Of a stretch of 35,507 nucleotides of DNA, positions 28,513 through 35,507 are shown piece after piece. This stretch comes from Sedimentibacter sp. GTDB lineage: Bacteria > Bacillota > Clostridia > Tissierellales > Sedimentibacteraceae. Position 1 is the stretch's first letter. Each line of letters begins with the position of its first letter. The translations under genes and the position numbers were made by a program. The notes beneath the pieces are model-generated. The model saw nothing but the letters and a program-made list of their open reading frames with translations, did no database searches and was not told where the DNA came from. The stretch covers positions 1 to 35,507 of the forward strand of contig JAJUJR010000001.1 of NCBI GenBank assembly GCA_029265225.1. Reading direction: 5' to 3'.

Positions 28513-30357
28513 ATGAAAAGTAAAATACTTAATAAATTATTATTGTTGACCGTGGTAATTTCTCTGCTGTTTACAATGACTGCAAATGCCGCTGCATTTA
28601 CTGATATATCAACTCACTGGGCTAAAAGCTACATAGAGAGGGTGGCTTCAAACGGACTGGTAACCGGATATAAAGACGGAACGTTCAAACCGGACAACAA
28701 TGTCACAGTGCTGGAAGCTTTGGTGATGATATCCAGACTTTATGACATAGACGATGACTTGAAAGAAAAGATAGTTGAAGAATATGAACCTTCACTTAAG
28801 GAAATGACAAACACATTGTACAGTGAATGGTCTTTTGAATATTTATCGGTGATAATCGAACTTGGAGTTGTTTCTGAAAACGGAATTGAAGACATGTTTG
28901 CAAAGAAAACAATATTCCAGCAGGCAACAAGAGAGGAAATAGCAGTACTTCTCACAAAAGCGATGATGCTTGGAGATGAGGCTCAGAATTTAAAGGTATA
29001 TACTCTGCCTTTTGCTGATGCAGCTGAAATATCCACATCTGCAAGACCATACATATATGTTATGTACGACAAGGACATACTTGAAGGTGACGCAAATAAA
29101 AACATTAATCCATCAGATAAAATCACAAGGGCTGAAATTGCAACTTTGCTTGACAAGGCCTACAAATATATAGATACAAATGATGTTTATCCGGACTTTG
29201 ATGATTATGTGCCCACAACATCAGTAAGCGGAATAATTACAGAAGTTTCAGAAGGTTCAGCTGAATCTTACATTTATGTAAAGGACGACAATGAAGTTGA
29301 AAGCATTGTTAAAATAAACAAGGATACGGACATATATTTAAATGGAAAGGCTGCAGACATTGACGACCTTGAAGAGGACATGCTTGTAAAATGCAAGATC
29401 AACAGTGAAAGAGTTGCAGTAAAATTGGAAGCAGACAGTTCAACAGACGTTGTTAGAGGTATAATTTACTATGTTGCATATGTCGCTCCTGCAAAAATTA
29501 CAATAATAGACGAAGACGATGACAAAATTACATATGATTTGCCTACAGATGTTGAAGTATACCTGGACGGCGAGGAAATAGCACTCAAGGAACTTGACGA
29601 AGATGATGAAGTTACATTGTACATTGAGGATGATGAGGTTTATCAGATAAATTCCGTCAGCAGAATTAAGAAATACGACGGAACAATAACTGCCATCGAT
29701 TATAATTATCCTATAATAGTAAAAATAAAGACTGATGAGGGTGTAATCAAGTCATTCACGTTCAACAGCGACGTAGATGTAACAAGAAATGATGATGATT
29801 CAAGCTTCGACCAGGTAAGAGTTGGCGATGAGGTTACAATTACTACAGAATACGATGAAATGATTGGCATCAACACCATTGCCAAGGAAGCAGAATTAAG
29901 CGGAACTATAAAGGAAATTCTAATAGGCGATGACAACAAAATTAAAATTGCCGATGAAGATGGAGAAACTACACAATATGCTGTAAGCAGCAATGTTATA
30001 ATTACCATAGGAAGCAACAATGCAACAATTTATGACCTCAGGGTTGGCTACAATGTAAGCGTCAATACTTCAGGCAATGAAATTGTTACAATTGAAGCAT
30101 CTCAGCTGCAGACTGCAAAGAGCTTTTCAGGAAAAGTAATCTACATCAATTCAGACGACAAGATCATAATGATGCAGAACATAAAGGATAACGGACAGAA
30201 GGAACTCATTTACCTCACTGTTACCGGCACTACAAAAATATTTGATACAACGGGAGCCACAAAGTACTTCAAGGATTTGGAAGAAGGCGAAAACATATTG
30301 AGCACTGCTATTTCCCAGAGCGGAGAATATGTGGCAGCAAGCATAATGATACAGTAA
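28513..30357 (+). CDS. S-layer homology (SLH) domain surface protein with five acidic ~75-aa beta-rich repeats
   Basis: Signal peptide ending ANA; FTDISTHWA, GY.DGTFKPD, ATREE, ITRAE; repeats G.I..I...I.I.........V..NG......L..G..V. Confidence 0.88.
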   Translation: MKSKILNKLLLLTVVISLLFTMTANAAAFTDISTHWAKSYIERVASNGLVTGYKDGTFKPDNNVTVLEALVMISRLYDIDDDLKEKIVEEYEPSLKEMTNTLYSEWSFEYLSVIIELGVVSENGIEDMFAKKTIFQQATREEIAVLLTKAMMLGDEAQNLKVYTLPFADAAEISTSARPYIYVMYDKDILEGDANKNINPSDKITRAEIATLLDKAYKYIDTNDVYPDFDDYVPTTSVSGIITEVSEGSAESYIYVKDDNEVESIVKINKDTDIYLNGKAADIDDLEEDMLVKCKINSERVAVKLEADSSTDVVRGIIYYVAYVAPAKITIIDEDDDKITYDLPTDVEVYLDGEEIALKELDEDDEVTLYIEDDEVYQINSVSRIKKYDGTITAIDYNYPIIVKIKTDEGVIKSFTFNSDVDVTRNDDDSSFDQVRVGDEVTITTEYDEMIGINTIAKEAELSGTIKEILIGDDNKIKIADEDGETTQYAVSSNVIITIGSNNATIYDLRVGYNVSVNTSGNEIVTIEASQLQTAKSFSGKVIYINSDDKIIMMQNIKDNGQKELIYLTVTGTTKIFDTTGATKYFKDLEEGENILSTAISQSGEYVAASIMIQ

Positions 30358-30360
30358 GTG

Positions 30361-30387
30361 AAAGCATCTGGGAACAGATGCTTTTTT
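30361..30387 (+). terminator. Rho-independent terminator
   Basis: AAAGCATCTG-GGAA-CAGATGCTTT-TTT. Confidence 0.8.
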
Positions 30388-30409
30388 GCTAAGATAAGGA
30401 GATGATTAT

Positions 30410-31411
30410 ATGAAAAAGACCACAATGATTTTAATATTAATTTTAACTTTTGTGTTAATTCTATCGGGCTGCACCAGGTTGCCGGCATCAGAGGAAACAG
30501 GTGTAAAGCCTTCAGAATATACAGGAAAGCTTAGCACGGAGGAAATGCAGAAGGAAAATGAAAGTTTGAAGAATGAGCTTGACAGCGCAAAGACAGAACT
30601 TGAAAAATTGGAGAAGGATTATCTGAATCTTGCTAAAAACAATGAAGCCATCATTTCTCAGCTTCAGGAAGCCGAATCATTACTCGATATTGTAGAAAGT
30701 GACGACATACCTGATTTTAAATCGGAAGAAACTGATAAGAACAGCATAACATCGTATTTGAATGACAGCATATCATCACTTGATGATTCCTACAGAAAAA
30801 TTGAAATAATTCAGTCCACGGACAGCAAAATATTGTTCCTGACCACAGGTTACGGTGAAAAGTTCAGCCAGATATTTGTGTGGAATATCGGAGAAGACAA
30901 GCCTTCATTATTGGAAGGGGCAAGTTTTGAAAAATCAGGAAGCTGGAAGTGGCTTTTACAGGACAAGTTTATAGTCATTGATTCCGGAAGCGGCGACAAA
31001 AAAGTAATTGATGCACAAAACAGCATGGTGGCAGGAGAATTCAAGGCAAAGGGTGAAATATATCTCTTGCCTGGAACTGCAACAGTACTAATTCAAAATC
31101 CTGATACCAATGTCTACTCTCTTTATGACTTTTCTTCTTCAACAGGACAGGAACTTAATTTAGACAGCAAAAATAAATACACATCACTTCATGTGGATGG
31201 GGACAATGCAATAACTTTTGAAGGAACATATGAGGAGCAGGGAATAGAATACAGGGTTTCGGCAACAATTAGTATTGAAGAAATGAAAGACGCTTACAGT
31301 ATAAAAAACATTGATGAAACAGAAGAAACTGAAAATATGGATACCATCGAATCGGAAGATACTTTGGATACACAAATGCAAAATGATAAGTCAGAAGGAA
31401 AGACCGCATAA
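30410..31411 (+). CDS. Hypothetical lipoprotein with N-terminal coiled coil and acidic tail
   Basis: AGGAG RBS, lipobox LSGC, heptad segment ENESLKNELDSAKTELEKLE; family not recognised. Confidence 0.75.
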   Translation: MKKTTMILILILTFVLILSGCTRLPASEETGVKPSEYTGKLSTEEMQKENESLKNELDSAKTELEKLEKDYLNLAKNNEAIISQLQEAESLLDIVESDDIPDFKSEETDKNSITSYLNDSISSLDDSYRKIEIIQSTDSKILFLTTGYGEKFSQIFVWNIGEDKPSLLEGASFEKSGSWKWLLQDKFIVIDSGSGDKKVIDAQNSMVAGEFKAKGEIYLLPGTATVLIQNPDTNVYSLYDFSSSTGQELNLDSKNKYTSLHVDGDNAITFEGTYEEQGIEYRVSATISIEEMKDAYSIKNIDETEETENMDTIESEDTLDTQMQNDKSEGKTA

Positions 31412-32631
31412 TGAAATATGATGTTATTATAATAGGAGCAGGCGCAGCAGGACTTTTTGCTGCCCTTTCCATTAAGGACAAAAGTGTGCTGCTCCTTGAA
31501 AAAAACAGTGTTGCCGGCAGGAAAATTCTTTTGTCAGGGGCAGGTCAGTGCAACTTCACAAATAGCTGTGAAATGAGCGAATTTTTAACCAGATATGGTG
31601 AAAGAGGCAGGTTTTTAAAGACTGCCCTTTTTGGCTTTACAAACAAACAGTCAATGGAATTTTTCCATAAGTCAGGAGTTCCTGTCGTCATAAGGGAAGA
31701 CGGAAAGGTTTTTCCTGTGTCATTTAAGTCATCAGATATAGTTGATGCTTTAACAGAAAAATGCAGAGAGAACAATGTGAAAATTTTATATGATGCTTCA
31801 GTAGAAAAAGTAAGCAGGGACGAGAGTGAAAACATGTTTCTGGTGAAGGCAGGCAAAACAACACATGCATGCACAAATCTCATTATTGCTGCCGGAGGGA
31901 AATCATACCCCAACACTGGCTCTGCAGGTGACGGATACCATTTTGCAAAATCTCTGGGTCATACTATAGAGCAGCCAAAACCATGTCTTGCTCCTGTATA
32001 TGTGGAAAATTACCGCTTCAAGGATTTGTCAGGCATTTCATTTGAAAACATTAAAATAAGTCTTTGGAGAAACAACAAAAAAATTAAGGAGTTTTCAGGA
32101 GACATGCTTTTCACCCACGTGAACATCTCAGGTCCCGTGATACTTAACAATTCAAGGTACATGGAAAAAGGTGATGTGGTTAAAATCAATTTCACTCGTT
32201 TTTCAAATGCTGAAGAATTTAAAAGAGATTTTGAAAAGATGATTTTCAGCTCAGGAAAGTACAATGTGAAGACTGTTCTGAAGTCTCTAGACATGCCAAA
32301 GCGCTTCACTGATAAAATCCTGGAGATTGCAGGCATAGAAGAAGATAAGATGTGCAGTGAGCTTGACAAAAATAAAAGGAAAAAGCTAATGGAAATGCTT
32401 TGTGAACACTGTCTCACAGTTGAAAGGCTCGGCGATTACAACATTGCAATGGCAACTAAGGGCGGTGTGAATACATCTGAAATCAATCAGAAAACAATGG
32501 AGTCAAAAATTGTTCACGGTCTTTACTTTGCTGGAGAAGTAATTGATTATGACGGAGACACAGGAGGATTTAACATACAGGCTGCTTTTTCAACCGGGCA
32601 TCTTGCAGCAGAAAGTATAAACAAAAAATAA
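31411..32631 (+). CDS. HI0933/BaiN/YhiN-family NAD(P)/FAD-dependent oxidoreductase
   Basis: IIGAGAAG, GRKILLSG.G.CNFTN, GG.SYP.TGS.GDG, LFTH..ISGP, T.GGV, GLYFAGEV.D.DG.TGGFNIQ.AFSTG. Confidence 0.93.
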   Translation: MKYDVIIIGAGAAGLFAALSIKDKSVLLLEKNSVAGRKILLSGAGQCNFTNSCEMSEFLTRYGERGRFLKTALFGFTNKQSMEFFHKSGVPVVIREDGKVFPVSFKSSDIVDALTEKCRENNVKILYDASVEKVSRDESENMFLVKAGKTTHACTNLIIAAGGKSYPNTGSAGDGYHFAKSLGHTIEQPKPCLAPVYVENYRFKDLSGISFENIKISLWRNNKKIKEFSGDMLFTHVNISGPVILNNSRYMEKGDVVKINFTRFSNAEEFKRDFEKMIFSSGKYNVKTVLKSLDMPKRFTDKILEIAGIEEDKMCSELDKNKRKKLMEMLCEHCLTVERLGDYNIAMATKGGVNTSEINQKTMESKIVHGLYFAGEVIDYDGDTGGFNIQAAFSTGHLAAESINKK

Positions 32632-32693
32632 GACCGTATTTTCTACAATGCTGAAAAATCAACAGTGCCGGAAATTTCACAAACACTGCACTG

Positions 32694-32722
32694 TTGACAT
32701 TCTGCGAACATTATAATATAAT
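32694..32722 (+). promoter_or_regulatory. Consensus sigmaA promoter of fhs
   Basis: TTGACA-17 nt-TATAAT. Confidence 0.8.
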
Positions 32723-32776
32723 TGGGTAAACGTAAACACAGGTTCAAAAGTATTAACTTTAAATCAGGAGGTCTTT

Positions 32777-34459
32777 ATGGCAGAATTTTTAAGCGACATC
32801 GAAATTGCACAGCAGGCAAAAATGGAAGTTATCAACAACATTGCGGACAAAATAGAAATACCGGACCAATATGTTGAAAATTATGGAAAATACAAGGCTA
32901 AAATTGACTACAGATATCTGCAGAATGAATTAAAGGACAACGACGAAGCCAAACTCATACTTGTGACAGCAATCAATCCTACTCCGGCAGGGGAAGGCAA
33001 GACAACCACAACCATCGGACTTGGTGATTCTCTTTCCAGTCTTGGCAAAAAAACAATAATAGCTCTTCGTGAACCATCCCTGGGTCCTGTATTTGGAGTA
33101 AAGGGCGGTGCAGCCGGAGGAGGATACGCACAGGTTGTTCCTATGGAAGACATAAATCTTCACTTTACAGGAGATTTTCATGCTATAGGAGCTGCTAACA
33201 ATCTTCTTGCAGCAATGATTGACAATCACATACACCAAGGCAACGAGCTTGACATAGACACAAGAAGAATTGTGTGGAGAAGAGCAGTTGACATGAATGA
33301 CAGACAGCTAAGACACATAGTTGACGGCCTTGGAGGAAAGACTGAGGGAGTAACAAGAGAAGATGGTTTCGACATAACAGTTGCTTCAGAAGTAATGGCT
33401 GTATTCTGCCTGTCAAACGACATAATTGAATTAAAGGAAAAATTATCACATATAATAGTAGCGTACAACAGAAAGGGAGAACCTGTAACTGCTGGCCAGC
33501 TGAAGGCTCATGGAGCGATGGCTGCTTTGCTTAAGGATGCCCTGAAACCAAATCTTGTACAGACATTGGAAGGAACTCCGGCATTCATACACGGAGGACC
33601 ATTTGCAAACATAGCACATGGTTGCAATTCTGTTATTGCAACAAGAATGGCAAGCAAAATTGCTGACTACATTGTAACGGAAGCAGGATTTGGCGCAGAC
33701 CTGGGTGCTGAAAAATTTATAGACATTAAATGCAGGACAACTGGCTTAAGACCAAGTGCTGTTGTAATAGTTGCGACAGTAAAGGCTCTTAAGTATAACG
33801 GCGGAGTTGCCAAGGCAGATCTTGGAGCTGAAAACCTTGAAGCTCTTGAAAAAGGACTTCCAAACCTTTTAAAGCATGTTGAAAACATAACACAGGTGTT
33901 TAAACTTCCTGCCGTTGTTGCCATAAACAAATTTCCTACAGATACTCCGGCTGAACTCAGTCTCATAAAAGACAAGTGCAAGGAGCTTGGAGTAAATGTT
34001 GCTTTGTCCGAAGTGTGGGGCATGGGAAGCAAGGGTGGCAAGGAACTGGCAGAAGAGGTTTTAAGGCTGTCAGAAAAGGAAAGCAATGTGGAATTTGCAT
34101 ATGAACTTGACATTCCAATAAAGGATAAAATAAAAGCCATTGCAACAAAATTATACGGAGCAGATGCGGTGGAATTTTCTCCTAAGGCAAGCAAGGAAAT
34201 CGCCAACTTTGAAAAGCTTGGATTTGGAAATCTGCCAATATGCATGGCTAAGAACCAGTACTCTCTCACAGACGATCCTAAAGTTCTTGGAAGGCCTACA
34301 GGATTTAAAATTACCATCAGGGACATTACAATCTCTGCAGGTGCAGGATTTTTAGTAGCTCTTACAGGAGACATTATGAAGATGCCAGGACTTCCAAAGG
34401 TACCTGCTGCAGAAAACATAGATGTTGATGTTGACGGAAAAATAAAAGGGCTGTTCTAA
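32777..34459 (+). CDS. fhs: Formate-tetrahydrofolate ligase
   Basis: [72 protein letters not shown]. Confidence 0.98.
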   Translation: MAEFLSDIEIAQQAKMEVINNIADKIEIPDQYVENYGKYKAKIDYRYLQNELKDNDEAKLILVTAINPTPAGEGKTTTTIGLGDSLSSLGKKTIIALREPSLGPVFGVKGGAAGGGYAQVVPMEDINLHFTGDFHAIGAANNLLAAMIDNHIHQGNELDIDTRRIVWRRAVDMNDRQLRHIVDGLGGKTEGVTREDGFDITVASEVMAVFCLSNDIIELKEKLSHIIVAYNRKGEPVTAGQLKAHGAMAALLKDALKPNLVQTLEGTPAFIHGGPFANIAHGCNSVIATRMASKIADYIVTEAGFGADLGAEKFIDIKCRTTGLRPSAVVIVATVKALKYNGGVAKADLGAENLEALEKGLPNLLKHVENITQVFKLPAVVAINKFPTDTPAELSLIKDKCKELGVNVALSEVWGMGSKGGKELAEEVLRLSEKESNVEFAYELDIPIKDKIKAIATKLYGADAVEFSPKASKEIANFEKLGFGNLPICMAKNQYSLTDDPKVLGRPTGFKITIRDITISAGAGFLVALTGDIMKMPGLPKVPAAENIDVDVDGKIKGLF

Positions 34460-34485
34460 TCACTTAAAAAATTACATTTATTCAT

Positions 34486-34555
34486 TGTCATTTTGAGGCG
34501 CAGCTGAAGTAATATGTTTTAGAAAAACATATTCTTCGCTGCACTCAGCATGACA
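34486..34555. repeat. REP-like 70-bp palindromic element
   Basis: TGTCAT.TTGAG.CGCAGC.GAAG.AATATGTTTT ... AAAACATATTCTTCGCTGCACTCAGCATGACA long imperfect inverted repeat. Confidence 0.7.
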
Positions 34556-34601
34556 TTAGCTTTTTTGTACTCATATAAAATTCATTCAAAGGGGTGTTAA
34601 G

Positions 34602-35342
34602 TTGAGTAATGTTTGTTTATCGCCAAAGGAAACCTCGGACGCTCTCATAAATTCATCAGCCGTAAAGGCTACCTATCCCCCGGGAAAACGAATACTGCTG
34701 AGCATTGCGGCAGGTTTTTATATTGCCCTGGGAGGACATGGCTTCATAGTTGCATATGAAAGCTTGTTTTTAAGAGCTGCGGTATTTCCTGTGGGACTCA
34801 TGCTTATTGTGCTTGTGGGCGGGGAACTTTTCACCGGAAATTGTCTCATGACATTTGGACTGTTAAATAAAACAATAAGTTTGAAGGATTTTATAAAAAC
34901 CCTTGCGCAGGTGTGGCTGGGAAACTTTGCAGGAGCACTTCTGGCCGTGGCAATACTTTACGTGGGAGGAGTTTATTCTAAACCCATTCTTGCCGAAACA
35001 ATTGCCCAGGTTGCAAATGCAAAGGTGTCGCTGTCATTTTTGCAGGTGGTCATGAGAGGAATATTGTGCAACATACTTGTGTCCCTGGGCGTCTGGTTTT
35101 CTCTTACAGCAAGGGATACTGCAGGAAAACTTCTTGGGTGCTGGTTTCCGGTAATGTTGTTTGTTCTCTGCGGCTATGAGCATTCCGTGGCAAACATGTT
35201 TTTTCTGCCCATGGGAATGCTGTTTAATTCTTCTGTAACATCTGCACTGGTATTGAAGAACATAATTGCAGCCACACTTGGGAATTTCATAGGCGGAGGG
35301 ATTCTGGTTCCTGTGCTTTATTACAAAAGCTATTATAAATAA
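34602..35342 (+). CDS. Formate/nitrite transporter (FNT) family channel
   Basis: FPVGL, GGELFTGN, W.GN..G, GILCNILV.L, GYEHSVANM, LGN.IGG; TTG start after AAGGGG. Confidence 0.93.
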   Translation: MSNVCLSPKETSDALINSSAVKATYPPGKRILLSIAAGFYIALGGHGFIVAYESLFLRAAVFPVGLMLIVLVGGELFTGNCLMTFGLLNKTISLKDFIKTLAQVWLGNFAGALLAVAILYVGGVYSKPILAETIAQVANAKVSLSFLQVVMRGILCNILVSLGVWFSLTARDTAGKLLGCWFPVMLFVLCGYEHSVANMFFLPMGMLFNSSVTSALVLKNIIAATLGNFIGGGILVPVLYYKSYYK

Positions 35343-35389
35343 TAATAAAAAACATTAAGCTAAATTAAAGCTTAATGTTTTTTATTATT
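35341..35389. terminator. AT-rich terminator hairpin
   Basis: 21-bp stem AATAATAAAAAACATTAAGCT / AGCTTAATGTTTTTTATTATT. Confidence 0.75.
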
Positions 35390-35507
35390 TAATTTTGGTT
35401 CTATAATAAATGTTGGGGTGTTATAAAAACATCTCAGCATTTTTATTATACAAAATAATAAAAATATAAAAAAATGTAGAGCAAATGTAAAAATCCTATT
35501 AGAATAA

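Noticed and set aside
33667-34419. 250-aa antisense ORF inside fhs
   Set aside because: Shadow of a highly conserved gene; Ser/Pro-rich composition with no recognisable motif. The same applies to the other short overlapping ORFs in the track.

Overview
A core-genome window from a low-GC, probably anaerobic Firmicute (Clostridia/Tissierellia-like; inferred from gene content, SLH protein and sigmaA-type promoters). In order: 3' part of a secreted beta-propeller protein; an FMN-binding lipoprotein with a 160-aa tandem duplication next to the flavin transferase apbE; yfbR, DUF3343, a ZIP transporter; the conserved sua5-ywlE-rpiB-tagO-wecB block; a fatty-acid synthesis operon (acpP-fabK-fabD-fabG-fabF-fabZ); a Cys-rich HxlR-family regulator; a nine-gene Na+-type A/V-ATPase operon; a FabX-like flavo-iron-sulfur enzyme; putP; chorismate mutase; an SLH protein, a lipoprotein, a HI0933 flavoprotein, fhs and an FNT channel. 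I saw no rRNA, tRNA, CRISPR array, phage or transposase. Best leads: (1) an ApbE substrate with two apparently non-canonical SSVT flavinylation sites and no partner in the window; (2) an operator shared by the fab operon and the distant fabX-like gene; (3) an HxlR-box promoter with no usual target gene behind it; (4) a perfect 27-bp inverted repeat of heptamer units bracketing rpiB-tagO. All calls are from motif recognition by eye; no searches were run.
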